From an uncultured cyanobacterium (GTDB lineage Bacteria > Cyanobacteriota > Cyanobacteriia > Pseudanabaenales > Pseudanabaenaceae): DNA of 64,000 nucleotides. Within the stretch, counting starts at the first letter, position 1, and each line of letters begins with the position of its first letter. The notes under the pieces were generated by a model. The model saw only the letters and a list, made by a program, of their open reading frames with translations. It did not search any database and had not been told where the DNA came from. Position numbers and translations under genes: made by a program. The stretch is taken from assembly GCA_963703315.1 (NCBI GenBank), contig OY969811.1:2144001-2208000 (forward strand). The letters run 5' to 3'. Shown here one piece after another: positions 10,507 through 23,100 of this stretch.

Positions 10507-11529
10507 ATGCCATTTAGACAATTCACTAATAAATTTCATCGCGCTGTATTGATATCTCTTACGACTTTAGGAATTGCTATTGGTCTCAATGCTTGCGTTA
10601 GTCCTAATAATAATCAAAAACCTGAAGAAGCGAAATCACCTGTTCCAATTTTTTTGTTTATGCAAGCTTCTCCTGATGGTAAGACGATTGAGGGAATTGT
10701 CCCGTCAGATCTAGTGGAACAATTTGGTAGCTTAGATCGGGTCATTCAATCGATCCCTGTGGGGAGTAAGTTTTCCTTGATCCAGTTTGGTAAGCCTCTG
10801 GGGATGTTTCAGGTGAGTGCAGTGCGAGGTTCCGATGCTTTTGGGGCGATCGCTAGTTTTAAAGTGCAAGCGCCTACGGAAGGTGATAAGAATCAAACCG
10901 TGAAACCCTTAGATCCTGCGGTATTGCGTCAGCCTAATTTAACGATTGTGGCAAGTGATCGCATTAATACGGCGACCAGCGATCGCACTTACTTTTTTAA
11001 CTGTCCTAGCAAAATTCAGCCCCTTGTGTTGGAAAAGTCCCGCAATTTATTTCTAAAATTAGGGGCAAATCAAGCGGCAACTTCCCAAGTGGCGATCGCC
11101 TCAGTAGTTTGTGCCGATATTGATGGTGATCAGCAGCCTGAGATCATTGCAGGTTTACGCCTTGACAATTCCCTCCGTCCCACAGGTATTCCCGATCCCC
11201 AAGCATGGAAAGAGTTTTTGTCACGTCCTGCGATCGAGCGTCAGGAGTACAGTATGTTAGTCATGTTGCGAAAATCTGGTAATGATTGGATTTCAGAACC
11301 AATTTTGACCCATACGCGAGCGCTTTCTTATATCAATGATAGTGTCAGTAGTTATGCGCTCTTTGGTATTCAAGAAGTTAGCGGCGATCGCTATCCCGAA
11401 ATCATTGTCCAAGAAATTGGCTTAAATTCCCTTGATGTGCGCGTTTTTACGCCTAATGTGGACGCACAGGGCAAATGGCAATGGCGGAGTTATTACCAAA
11501 ATCAGCGATCGCTAAATATTGTGCAGTAA
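10507..11529 (+). CDS. Hypothetical lipoprotein
   Basis: Signal peptide with lipobox LNAC; FG-GAP-like motif ADIDGDQQPEI. Confidence 0.65.
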   Translation: MPFRQFTNKFHRAVLISLTTLGIAIGLNACVSPNNNQKPEEAKSPVPIFLFMQASPDGKTIEGIVPSDLVEQFGSLDRVIQSIPVGSKFSLIQFGKPLGMFQVSAVRGSDAFGAIASFKVQAPTEGDKNQTVKPLDPAVLRQPNLTIVASDRINTATSDRTYFFNCPSKIQPLVLEKSRNLFLKLGANQAATSQVAIASVVCADIDGDQQPEIIAGLRLDNSLRPTGIPDPQAWKEFLSRPAIERQEYSMLVMLRKSGNDWISEPILTHTRALSYINDSVSSYALFGIQEVSGDRYPEIIVQEIGLNSLDVRVFTPNVDAQGKWQWRSYYQNQRSLNIVQ

Positions 11530-11672
11530 TAGTTAGGGCTTACGCAAATTAACCAAGAACTCAAGTTCTTGGCTCAAAGCTAAAGTCAGCTAAAGCAGAC
11601 TAACCAGTTCTTCAGATCAACCCCTTTCAACGGGTTTAAGCTTTCAGCCCGTAATTTATTACAGGGCTATTG

Positions 11673-13562
11673 CTACTGAGCATGGAAATGATTATAAATA
11701 TGTTGAGCTAACTTTTTGCCGATACCTTCTGTTTCAGCAATTTGCTCGACCGTTGCTTGACGAATATATTCAACGGAATGGAACTTCTCCAGTAACACCT
11801 TTTGGCGATGATGTCCTAGTCCCGTAATTTGATCGAGGTGCGATCGCTGCATTCGTTGGCTCCGTTTTTGACGATGAAAAGTAATTGCGAAACGGTGAGC
11901 CTCATCGCGCAAACGCCGTAAAAGTTGGACACCTACTCGTTCAGGATCACCACTAACTAATGGCTCTGACTGTTCAGGCAAAAAGATTTCCTCACGTTTT
12001 TTAGCAAGGCTAATCACCGTCAGGCGATCGCGCAATCCTAATTTATCAATAATTTTCATCACCGATGAAAGCTGTCCCTTACCTCCATCAATCATCACCA
12101 GATCAGGAAAATCATCCGTACTTTTGTTTGCAACTCCTTCAGCTAGAGAAGACTCAGATTCAAAGATGGAGTGCTTTCTAAATCTTCTGGCAATCACTTC
12201 CGCAAGGCTGGCGAAATCATCGGAGTGACCCGTCTGGATATCGGGATTACGGATTTTATAATGACGATAATGTTGCTTAGCAGGAAGTCCATCGATAAAG
12301 ACAACTTGACTCGCCACCGCATCGGAACCTTGAATATGCGAGATATCGTAGCCTTCAATGCGATGCGGGAGACTATCAAGATTAAGGATTTCGGCGAGGT
12401 CTTCCAATCCTTGTAAATTGCGATCGCTTTGTTTTTGGATGCGGGCTAACTCATACTGAGCATTGCGCTCCACCATTTCAATTAACTCCGCTTTGACCTG
12501 TCTTTGGGGCGTGGAAATGACCACCTTACGTCCCTTGCGATCGCTGAGCCATGCTTGCAAAATTTCTACTTCAGGAAGTTCCAATTGAGTATGGACTTCA
12601 TTAGGAATTTCTACAGGATCACAGTTTTGATAATGAGACTCTAAAGTACGCTGCAAAATTGCCTCTGGGACATCGCTCTGACTATCCGCCACAAAGGCTA
12701 ATCTGCCCACTAAACGTCCTGCCCGAATTTGGAATAGCTGAATACAGGTATGCTGCTCATCGTAAGCAAGGGCGATCGCATCACGGGAAACCGTATCATC
12801 GGGTAAAGATACTTTTTGATTACTCCCCAGATTTTGTAAAACTTGAATGCGATCGCGTAAATCGGCAGCCTTCTCAAATTCCAAATTCTCCGCAGCAAGT
12901 TCCATTTTCTCCGTAAAAGTCTCGATCAATTCACTAGATCTTCCCTGAAAAATCATGGCAACCCGCAGCATGATTTTGCGATATTCCTCTGGTGAAATTA
13001 GCTCCTGACATACCCCTGGACATAAACCCATATCGTAATTTAGACAGGGACGATCTTTAAACATCGGCATCGGTCTTTGGCGGAGAGGAAAGGCTCGCTT
13101 GATAATTCCCAAAGTTCGCTTGAGATTGAATACATCCACATAGGGACCATAATATTTATCTTTTGTGCCGCCCATTTTGCGTTTGCGGGTGATAAAGATA
13201 CGTGGATACTCCTCTGACCAAGTAATGCAAACATAGGGATATTTTTTATCATCCTTCAGTAAAACATTGTAGTAGGGTTGATATTGCTTGATTAGATTAG
13301 CTTCTAGGGCAAGAGCTTCCGCTTCTGAATCCGTGACAATAAACTCAATTTCATGGACTAACTGCACCATCATCGCAATGCGTGGCGATAAATCCTGACT
13401 ATTACGAAAGTACGATCGCACCCGATTGCGTAAGGCTTTCGATTTGCCGATATAAATTACACCATCGTGGCGATCGCGCATAAAGTAGACCCCTGCTTCC
13501 AGAGGAATTTCTTTCAATCGCACCTGTAATTTTTCGGAGTTTTGCAGTAGAGGCTCAGTCAT
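11673..13562 (-). CDS. uvrC: Excinuclease ABC subunit C
   Basis: GIY-YIG N-terminus ([22 protein letters not shown]), [24 protein letters not shown] and a C-terminal HhH. Confidence 0.98.
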   Translation of the reverse strand: MTEPLLQNSEKLQVRLKEIPLEAGVYFMRDRHDGVIYIGKSKALRNRVRSYFRNSQDLSPRIAMMVQLVHEIEFIVTDSEAEALALEANLIKQYQPYYNVLLKDDKKYPYVCITWSEEYPRIFITRKRKMGGTKDKYYGPYVDVFNLKRTLGIIKRAFPLRQRPMPMFKDRPCLNYDMGLCPGVCQELISPEEYRKIMLRVAMIFQGRSSELIETFTEKMELAAENLEFEKAADLRDRIQVLQNLGSNQKVSLPDDTVSRDAIALAYDEQHTCIQLFQIRAGRLVGRLAFVADSQSDVPEAILQRTLESHYQNCDPVEIPNEVHTQLELPEVEILQAWLSDRKGRKVVISTPQRQVKAELIEMVERNAQYELARIQKQSDRNLQGLEDLAEILNLDSLPHRIEGYDISHIQGSDAVASQVVFIDGLPAKQHYRHYKIRNPDIQTGHSDDFASLAEVIARRFRKHSIFESESSLAEGVANKSTDDFPDLVMIDGGKGQLSSVMKIIDKLGLRDRLTVISLAKKREEIFLPEQSEPLVSGDPERVGVQLLRRLRDEAHRFAITFHRQKRSQRMQRSHLDQITGLGHHRQKVLLEKFHSVEYIRQATVEQIAETEGIGKKLAQHIYNHFHAQ

Positions 13563-13575
13563 AAATCAATTTTAT

Positions 13576-13749
13576 ACCAAAACTAAAAATGGCTATACCA
13601 TTTTTAGTTTTAAAAACCCTTACTGGGATTGGATTTTATAGCTATAAAGAGAGTGGCGGCGCGAAGCGCCGCCACTCTCTTTTGGTTTTTGTTTTTGTCC
13701 TAACATAACTGACTACAGCTATAATTCACAAAAATGTGACAACACTTTT
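13576..13749. repeat. Dispersed ~100-bp double-hairpin repeat interrupted by a TA-flanked MITE (13639-13721)
   Basis: Matches the uninterrupted copy at 42606-42702 and an inverted copy at about 16544-16613. Confidence 0.7.
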
Positions 13750-14157
13750 TCAATTACTATTCGGTGGTAACAGATAAAATGGGTAAACCATACTGCGGGT
13801 GTCATGGCTATCCTTAATTTGATACAAAATTTTCATATCTAGTCGCCCCTTAATCGGATCAGGCTCTGCATAAACCCCTATCACTTTAATCCTCGGCTCC
13901 CATCGATTTAACGCCTCTTCAACATAGATTCTAGCTAGCAAAATCGTTTGTGGATTCATCGGCGCAAAGGTCAAATCTGATAAGCGACTACCAAAATTAG
14001 GTCGATATACCCGCTCCCCTAATTTAGTATTTAAAATCGTGGCAATCGACTCCTCCAAATTGCGATCGCCGCTATCGGTTTTTAGTTCACCTTGGACATT
14101 AATGCGTAAGGGAAAAGAAATACCTCTACCCAGATAATCACGGTCTAAGTTGCTCAT
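13750..14157 (-). CDS. GPW/gp25 family baseplate protein (Afp9-like) of a contractile injection system
   Basis: LGRGISFP, GERVYRPNFGS, WEPRI and MVYPFYL motifs; CIS context. Confidence 0.92.
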   Translation of the reverse strand: MSNLDRDYLGRGISFPLRINVQGELKTDSGDRNLEESIATILNTKLGERVYRPNFGSRLSDLTFAPMNPQTILLARIYVEEALNRWEPRIKVIGVYAEPDPIKGRLDMKILYQIKDSHDTRSMVYPFYLLPPNSN

Positions 14158-14546
14158 GGAATTTGTTCCGTTACTTGTCCAGCAAAGTTAATCGAAATCA
14201 CACCTCCCCACATACACATACATTTTGAGGAATTGTTAAGCGCAGGAAAATTGTTAATCATTACAGTTGGAGAACCAGGAAACCAAGGCGCTACAGTTAC
14301 AGGGATACAAGGCATCGGTGTTAATACTCCCAAAGCCGCCGCAGTAGCCGCCGCAACCATTGGGTTAGAAGGCGTATTACACATCCCGAAGGGGGGGATA
14401 TTAGCGATCGGCGCAAAGTCCATAATTGATGCAGCAGGTAGTCCACTTGACAGTACAGGCAGACCTTTAGGGATGACAATTAGTGAGCTTGGGGCTATGC
14501 CAAAACTACATTGCAGCAATGCTCCTGTAACCACTTGTTGTCCCAT
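14154..14546 (-). CDS. DUF4280 PAAR-like spike tip protein
   Basis: GALLQCSFG, NIPPFGMC, PCIP and CMCMWGGVISI motifs; downstream of VgrG. Confidence 0.9.
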   Translation of the reverse strand: MGQQVVTGALLQCSFGIAPSSLIVIPKGLPVLSSGLPAASIMDFAPIANIPPFGMCNTPSNPMVAAATAAALGVLTPMPCIPVTVAPWFPGSPTVMINNFPALNNSSKCMCMWGGVISINFAGQVTEQIP

Positions 14547-14590
14547 ACTTTACCTCCTACAGATTGAGTGGCAGCGCTTCGCTTTGCCAC

Positions 14591-16519
14591 TCAATTTATC
14601 ATAACCGTAGCACCTTTAATACCTACAGAGGCGGCTCCATTAATACTCACAGATGCACCTGAACTGGCACTTAACGACCCACCTGCACTAGCACTTACTG
14701 AGCCACTAGATTGTACACTTACTGAACCACCTTGGATGCTTACTGTTCCACTGGTTTTTAATGTAATCCCACTGGGAGTAATTTCTACACTACTGCCACC
14801 TACAGTAAGAGTGATCTTTTGCGCTCCAGTGAGAGCGATTTCACCACCATCCACACTAATTTTACTAGCTGTACCAGTATTTCCAGACTTCACTATGATA
14901 TCGCCAGTGGAAGTTAAACTAATGCTTTTATCATTATCATCAGCACGAAATTTATGTTTGCCAGTAGTTTCTAATTCGGCAAATTTCTCGCTATCATTCA
15001 TGCGTAAATTATGTCCATCAATAGTATTGAGATAAACTCCCTTTTTAGTATCTTTATCTTCTTCTACAAACTGTAATTTATGTCCAACACGAGTTTTAAA
15101 CGTGCGTAAGCGGACTTTCCCATCAACTATAGTATTGGCTACAGTTTCGGGCGGTGCATCAGTTCCATTCCATACACCACCAATCACGTAAGGACGATGA
15201 ATATCGCCATGCTCAAACGCAACTAAAACTTCATCATTTACTTCTGGCAAACAATCAAAACCCCTAGTTATACCAGCACCTACACTGACGACTCTTGCCC
15301 AGTTACTCTCATGCTCTTCCGTCAATGTAGGAAATTTAACTCTGACTCTTCCCCATCCTTTCGGATCTTTATTGTTACTCACGATTCCTACTAGCATCGT
15401 TTGCCCTGGTTGAAGGTGAGTTTTAGATGACAATATAGAGAATAAGTTGCCTCCACGCAAACCGCGCACGCTGAATTGTGTATTATAGGTTCTCTCTCGG
15501 AAGAGATGATGGGTTTCCGTAACATAATAACTACCACTGTAGTTCCCAATATCAGCTAAATTCACCACCTTTCCTGGTCTGATATTGGGATTTCCTTCCC
15601 CTTTAGCATCAGCATTAACAAATTCACCACCTAGTTCATTACATAGCGACTGAGCTATTTTCTGAGCTTCGTTAGTACTAAAAACTGGCTGATCAACCAC
15701 GATCATTTTGGGCTGACTACTAAATTTAGTACTTGCGGCTTTGCCTGTACCACTTTCAGTTTCAGTAAGAACTGTTCCTGTTGATGCTGTAGAAACAATG
15801 GGAATCTTTTGTTGATAATCCCATCCCCTTACTTCAACAGAGCTAACCTGTTCAGCACTCGTAACCCGCACGCGAAAACTATGAATATCTTCCAACCATT
15901 TGAGAGTTAAGGCTTCATCTTGACTAGACTCACGAAAGTTTAACTTCCCATCTTGGACATATAGCTCAAAACCCATACGCGCTGCTCGTTCTCGCAGAAA
16001 TTCCATGTTAGTTTGATTTTCTTGAAAAACATATTCATGGACAATCGTAGTTGCAGTAACAGTTCCAGCAGTAATTCCCACTTCACCAATCAACTGGCGA
16101 ACAACATCGCTATCGGTAACATTTTGGAAAGAGCGATTATAGCGACCTCGGTGTAGTCGATGAGAGATATCATAACCACGAATAATAATGGGAGCCTGCG
16201 ACTTTTCGTTTAGTTCAGTTTCGATCGCTGTGACTTCACCTTCTAATAAATATCCTGTAACTTCTTCAGAAAAGTCTGCATCTTCAGTCGTGCTAGATGT
16301 AAATCCGATTTTTATCTTGTTACCGATCGCAAATTTACTTTGATGCTTCCAAGCGGTGTCTGCGTTACCTGAAAAGTAGTCGTTACTAATAATTATGGTA
16401 AACATTCCTGCTTGATGCAGACTTTCTTCGACGGATATTTGTAAAATATCATTGAGTAAATCGGCGGCGGCAGCAGTTCCATCAATTTCGAGTAATGGGG
16501 TAGATATATACTTTGGCAT
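14591..16519 (-). CDS. vgrG: VgrG-related spike protein (Afp8-like)
   Basis: gp27-like N-terminus; gp5 OB-fold (DPKGWGRVRVKFP, WARV, LPEVNDEVLVAFEHGD); beta-helix tail. Confidence 0.93.
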   Translation of the reverse strand: MPKYISTPLLEIDGTAAAADLLNDILQISVEESLHQAGMFTIIISNDYFSGNADTAWKHQSKFAIGNKIKIGFTSSTTEDADFSEEVTGYLLEGEVTAIETELNEKSQAPIIIRGYDISHRLHRGRYNRSFQNVTDSDVVRQLIGEVGITAGTVTATTIVHEYVFQENQTNMEFLRERAARMGFELYVQDGKLNFRESSQDEALTLKWLEDIHSFRVRVTSAEQVSSVEVRGWDYQQKIPIVSTASTGTVLTETESGTGKAASTKFSSQPKMIVVDQPVFSTNEAQKIAQSLCNELGGEFVNADAKGEGNPNIRPGKVVNLADIGNYSGSYYVTETHHLFRERTYNTQFSVRGLRGGNLFSILSSKTHLQPGQTMLVGIVSNNKDPKGWGRVRVKFPTLTEEHESNWARVVSVGAGITRGFDCLPEVNDEVLVAFEHGDIHRPYVIGGVWNGTDAPPETVANTIVDGKVRLRTFKTRVGHKLQFVEEDKDTKKGVYLNTIDGHNLRMNDSEKFAELETTGKHKFRADDNDKSISLTSTGDIIVKSGNTGTASKISVDGGEIALTGAQKITLTVGGSSVEITPSGITLKTSGTVSIQGGSVSVQSSGSVSASAGGSLSASSGASVSINGAASVGIKGATVMIN

Positions 16520-16632
16520 AGTCGGCTTTAGTTAGTTTTAGAAGTTTTGTGAATTAAAAACCAAACCCAGTAGGGGTTTGAGATTCCAAAAATGGCGTTG
16601 CTATTTTTGGAATCGTTACTACTTTCTACTTG

Positions 16633-17079
16633 TCACAGTTGAGTACTATCGACTTCCTCTAAAGACATATTGACCACTGCGCGGACAGGTGTGCCATCAG
16701 CGAGAAACATAGTTAGTTTATAGCTAACTTGCTTGACAAAGCATTTGAGATATTGGGTTTGTCCCCATGCAAATACATATACTGGTGGTCTTTCGAGTTG
16801 TCCCGTAAAGTCGGTGGCTTTGATGATTGGATCAATTAATGTTAAAACACTGGTTCCTGCTTCGTAGGTATCAAAAACTAAATTGCTTAAGGAAAGGCTA
16901 ACTGGTTCAGGATAAGCAAAGGTAACTTTGGGTAAGCCTGATGCTGTGCGTGCGCCTGCGGAGCGATTAAGGCTAACCGATCGCTGAAATTGTAGTTCAG
17001 TAGGATTGAACTGAAAGTTGATGGCGGCGGCTCCTGCATCGGTGGTGGTGAGCATCGCTTTTACAAGTTGACCTGTCAT
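16633..17079 (-). CDS. CIS tube-initiator protein (Afp7-like, no LysM evident)
   Basis: FQFNPTEL, RPPVYVFAWG and FLADGTPVRA motifs. Confidence 0.88.
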   Translation of the reverse strand: MTGQLVKAMLTTTDAGAAAINFQFNPTELQFQRSVSLNRSAGARTASGLPKVTFAYPEPVSLSLSNLVFDTYEAGTSVLTLIDPIIKATDFTGQLERPPVYVFAWGQTQYLKCFVKQVSYKLTMFLADGTPVRAVVNMSLEEVDSTQL

Positions 17080-17139
17080 AGTTTTAAATCCTAAAAATTT
17101 ATGGTTTGCCTTAATGGTTTATTTCAACGAATGCGACAA

Positions 17140-20100
17140 CTACCAAGGTAATCGCCCTTGATAGTGAGATCCCTGTCGCTCTTTTTCTATCTCTAAGCGT
17201 TGTTTCAGTAAAACATATATTTCTTGGGCTAAGGATTCAAGGTTTTTAGAGAAATTCTCTTCATCTTCATTTTCCTGCTCTTGTCTTGGTTGAACAGAGA
17301 CCGTTGCTTCTGGCAAATCACTATTTTGTGAATTACCATTTTCCGAACTGCGTTGGATTGCATTAGATATTGAATTGGATTTAGTCTGCACTACTTGATT
17401 AGGATTCCCTTTTTGTAAACCTGTTGGAGTTAAGTATAAGTCTTGATCATTATCACTATTTACATTGTTATTCACGTAACTAGGATCAGGCGATCGCTGA
17501 ATAGTTGTAGTACTGCTAGGTAAACTTGTGGATGAGGTTGAAGTAGAACTTGCTAAAGAACTGCGATCGCTAGAGTTTGTTTGTTGCTTATTTAAAGAGT
17601 TTGTGGAGGAATTACTAGAACTTGTAGGTGGTGGAAGATTAGCAAGAAGTTCTGAAATGTTTGACCATCCCATTGAGCCAGTTTCATTAAGATCAGAATT
17701 CTGCTCATGTTTAGTCTGAATTGTTGTAGGCAAGTTGTTGGACAGACTATTTGGACTAAGCTGATTGGAGCTAGACTTTGATAGCAATCGTTGTGAATTC
17801 GTGATAGGTGATTTAGAGGTTGTCAGTGATGAGAAATTACCTAAATATTCTGTTTGACCAAGATTTTGAATGACTGTGGGTAGTTTTAGCTCTTGGTCAT
17901 TACTGGTATCTGTCATCATCTGAATAATTTTTTGATCCTCATTGTCTGCTGTAGAAATTTTTTGAATCTGTTGAGTGATATCAACCTTTGCAACACTTTT
18001 ATTATAGTCAGTCTCAGATATTTTATCTGTCGAGATATTGCTCTCTGTGACAGGGCTATCTACAGCAATTTTAGTATTAATTAAATTATCATCTCTTTGG
18101 ATTTGTTGAGGATAATCGCTTTCTGTAACAGGATCATCTGAGTTACTTGAAGAAGTTGGAAGACTTTGAACTACTGATATATCTTGAGAAGTTTCGGAAT
18201 TAGAAAAATCATCTTTCCTTTGAATTTGTTGAGCTTGAATACTGTCTAAACTTTTTGAAGAAACCCTATCAGTAGAAGTTTCAGGATTTGGTGCTGCTGA
18301 ACTAGGAGTATCTAAAACTGAGTTGTCTAAAGAAATTTTAGGACTAGTTAAATTAGGGGATTTTTGAATCTTTTGAGTAGTATCTTCTTTTGTAACAGAG
18401 CTATCTGAAAAAGTTTTAGAATTATTTGTTTGGTTTCGTTGGGTGTAATCACTTCCTGAAATACCAGCATTATCAGAAATTGGTTCAGGACTATGAACTA
18501 ATAATGTCTCTTTAGAAATTTCTTGAGTTGATGTGTAATCACTTTCTAAAACAGGACTATCAACAAGAGATTCAGGACTAGTTAAATCAGAAGATCTTTG
18601 AATTTGTCGAGTAACATTGCTTTCTGAAATACTGCTATTAGCAAAATTTGTAGGGCTTGATATTGCTAAAGGATCACTCTCTAAAATAGGATTATCTACC
18701 GAAATTTCAGGATTGGTTAAATCAAATGCTCTTTGAACTTGTTGAGGGCGATCGCTTTCTGCAATATAAGCATCTAAAGTTTCGTTACTTGGAGATACTG
18801 AAGTAACAGTTTCTAAGTTATTGCTACCTAAATTAATTTCAGGAGTGATTAAGTCAGAAGTTCTCTGAATCTGTTGAGGGCGATCGCTTTCTGAAACAGT
18901 ATTATCAGAAGTGGTTTCAATACTCTGAACTAGTGAGGTATCCTTAGAGATTACAGGACTAGTAAAATCAGAAATTTTCTGGATTGATATGTCATCACTT
19001 TTTAAAACAGGACTATCAACAAGAGATTTAGCACTAGTTAAATCAGAGGATCTTTGGATTTTTTGAGTAACATCAGTTTCTGAAATACTGTTGTCAGCAA
19101 AATTTGTAGGACTTGGTATTACTGAAGTATCACTCTCTAAAATAGGATTATCTACCGAAATTTCAGGATTGGTTAAATTAAATGCTCTTTGAACTTGTTG
19201 AGGGCGATCGCTTTCTGCAATATAAGCATCTAAAGTTTCGTTACTTGGAGATACTGAAGTAACAGTTTCTAAGTTATTGCTACCTAAATTAATTTCAGGA
19301 GTGATTAAGTCAGAAGTTCTCTGAATCTTCTGTTGAGAGTGATCGCTTTCTGTAGCAGTGGTATCAGTGGAAGTTTTAAAAGTTAGGTTTGTCGAAGGAT
19401 TAATTTCTTCAACAGGACGAACCACAGAAATTTCAGGGTTAATTAAATTAGACGCTCTTTGAATTTTCTGAGCGCGATCTCTTTCAGAAATTTGGCTATC
19501 AACCAAAATCTTAGAACTAACCACATCAGAAGATTTCTGAATCTGTTCCCTTTGATCGCTTTTTAAAATATTGTTATCAGAGGAAGCTTCAGAACTTTGA
19601 ACTACTGATTTATTGCTATCTACAACAGAAATATCTACAGGAATATTAGGAAAGTCTAAATTAGAGCTTCTTTGAATCTGTTGGGGAAAACCGCTTTCTG
19701 AAATATGACTATCTGAAATATTTTCAGAACTTTGGACTGTTGAAATAGCAGTATCTGAAGCTAATATTTTTCTAGAAATTGTAGAGCTAATAACATCAGC
19801 ATTTCTTTGTATTTGCTGAGTTTGATTAACTTCTGGAACAATGCTATCTAAAGTCTCGTTACTTTGGGATAATGAATTAATAGTTTCTAAGTCATTACTA
19901 CCTAAAGTGATTTCAGGATTGCTTAAATCATCATTTCTCTGAATTTGGGGAGAGCGATCTCTTTCTGAAATGCCTCTCTTAGATAAGGTTTCAGAACTTT
20001 GAACTACTGATGTATCTCTAGAGTTTTCAGGACTATTGATGTCAGAGTCTCTTTGAATTTGTTGAGGTTGATTAACTTCTACGGCGGCACTATCTGTAAA

Positions 20101-23100
20101 ACTGGTAAAACTTGGAATTGGGGTAAGATTACTATCATCTTGTAAGATATTGATATTTAAGGAAGGCACATCTGATAGTTTTGGGATATCCTGAGTGAGA
20201 TTATTTTCTAAAATAGAATTATCTGAAGAACTTATGGGAATTCCTAAATCGGAGCTTCGCTGAACTCCTGAGAGAAGATATTCTCTTGGCGACGCAATAC
20301 TATCTATAGATGGCTTAGAACTAGTTAAGTCAGCAGTTTTTTGAATCGGTTGAGATTGAGTGTCTTGTGAAACAGTAATATCTGAAATAGGGCTATTCAA
20401 ATCAGAAATTATTGGTATTGACTGAGGGCGATCGCTTTCTGGAATATAAGCATCTAAAGTTTCGTTGCTTTGAGGTATTGAAGTGATATTTTCTAAGTCA
20501 TTACTATTGAAAGTAATTTCAGGAGTAATTAAGTCAGAAGCCCTCTGAATCTGTTGAAAGCGATCGTTTTTTGTAACAGCATTACCAGAAACAGTTTCAG
20601 GATTTTGGATTACTGAAGTATTGCTTTCTAAAATAGAACTATTTAGATTAATCTCAGGAGTGTTTAAATTAGAAGTTCTTTGAATTTGCTGAGGGCTATC
20701 ACTTTCTGTAACAGCATTACCAGAAAACATTTCAGGACTGTCAATAACTACTGGAGTACTGCTCTCTGAGATAGTGCTTTTTAGATTAATATCAGGAGTA
20801 ACTAAATCAGAATTTCTTTGAATTTGTTGAGGGTGATCGCTTTCTGCAACAACATCCGAGAATATCTCAGGACTTTGAAATAATGAAGTATCTGTAGAAC
20901 TTTCGGAATTAGAAAAATCATAGTCTCTCTGAATTTGTTGAGATTGATTGCTTTCTAGAAAACTTTTATTAGAAAAAGTTTCAGAACTTTGGACTACTGA
21001 ACTATCACTCTCTAAAATAGAACTATCTACAGGAATTTCAGAACTGGTTATATCATCGTTTCTTTGAACCTGCTGGAGATGACCACTTTCTAAAATAGTA
21101 TTAGTATTATTAGAGAAACTTTTAGAACCTTGAATTACTGATGGATCTCTAGAAGTTTGAGAACTAGTGAAATCCAAATTTCTTTGGATCTGTTGAGGGC
21201 GATCGCTTTCTGAAGGTTGACTATCAACCAAAATCGCAGGACTAGGTAAATCAGAAGAGTTCTGAATCTGTTGAATTTGATCACTTTCTAAAACATTTCG
21301 ATCAGAAAAAGCCTCAGAACTTTGAACTACTGATTCATTGCTATCTGCAACAGAACTACGAGAATCAGAAGATCTTTGAATGTGCTGAGAGGTATTTTCT
21401 TCTGTAACAAGGCTATCTGATGAAATTTCGGGACTAGTAAAATCAGAGGATTTTTGAATCTTTTGAGAGAGAGAGTTTTCTGAAGCAGCCTTATCAGTAA
21501 AGTTTTGAGAACTTTGTACTACTGATGTATCTTTAGAACTTACAAGATTGGCTAAATCTGAATTTCTTTGAATTGCTTGGGGTTGATCGCTTTCTAAAAC
21601 ATCATTATCAGCGAAGTTTTGAGAAATTTCTGGAGTGAGACTACTATCCTTGTGCAAGATATTGCTATCTAGGGGAGATCCATCTAGTTTTCTTTGAATA
21701 TCCTGAATGCGATCGCTTGCTAGAGAATTTTTGTTGATAGAAGTACTGGAGTTAACAGAATCATAGTCTTTTTGAATGTACTGAGTAGTACCTCCCTCTA
21801 CAATAGAACCATCTGATAAAGTTTCTGGACTAGGTAGATCAGATGCTAATTGAATTTGTTGAGTGTTACTACCCTCTAAAATAGAACTATCAGAAAAAAT
21901 CTCAGGACTTTGAAACAATGAAATATCTGTAGAACTTTCAGAATCAGAAAAATCAGCAACCCTCTGAATTCGTTGTGTGTTATTGCTTTCTGGGCAATTT
22001 CTATCAAAGGGATTTTCAGGATTGTGTATATCTGAAATGAGATCACTTTCTACAGGAATGTCTACAAAATTTTCTGAACTAATTAAATTAGTATTCCTTT
22101 GAATTGGCAGAGTTAAATCATTTTGTAAAGCAGCATTATCTCCAGAGGATAAATCAGGCATCCTTTGGATTTTTGATTTATCTTCTCTCGCTGAAACACT
22201 GTTATCAGAAAAATTGATAGGATTTGAGGATTCTAAATTATTATTCCCTAAAATAGGACAATCTAAAGAAATATTAGGAGTATTTAAGTCAGAAGCTCTT
22301 TGAATATGCTGAAAGCTCTCCTTTGCTTCTAAAACAGGACTATCTAGAGTATTTTCAGAACTTTGGGCTATTGAAATATCATTATCTGAAACTGATGTAT
22401 CTCTATGAATTTCAGGGTTAGCAAAAGTTGAGGTTTCTTGAACTGGTTGAGGGCGATCGCTTTCTATAACCCTATTATCAGAAACAGTTTCAGTATTTGG
22501 AACTAGTGAAGTATTGCTCTCTGAAGTAGAACTATTTGGATTGATTTCAAAAGTAAGGAAGTCAGAAGTTCTTTGAATGATTTGAGGGGGTTCTCCTTCT
22601 AGGATAGTATTACTAGAAATAGTTTCAGTATTTGAAGCTGGTAAAGTATTTTTGTCTGAAACAGAGTTGCTTAGATTTATTTCAGAACTTTTTTGGATTT
22701 GTTGATGGCAATCACTTTCTAGAGTATTTTCATCAAAGAATTTTTTAGGATTTTGAACTACTGGTGTATTTTTAGAAGCTTCAGGATTAATTAAATCAGA
22801 GATTTTTTGGATTTGTTGAAAGTCATTACTTCCTAAAATAGGGCTATCTGAAAAAGTTTCAAGATTTGAGGAGACCGATCTATCTAAAGAAATTTCAGGA
22901 TTTGTTGAATCAGAGCTTTTTTGAATTTGTGGATTGTGATCGATTTCTGAAGCAACGTTGTTGTCAGAGAAAGCCTCATGATTTTGAATTATTGACGTAT
23001 CTCTAGTAGTTTCAGGGGTAGCAAAATCAGGATTTCTTTGAACTTGCTGAAAGGCATTACTTTCTAAAACAGGGCTATCAGATAAAGTTTCAAGATTTGA

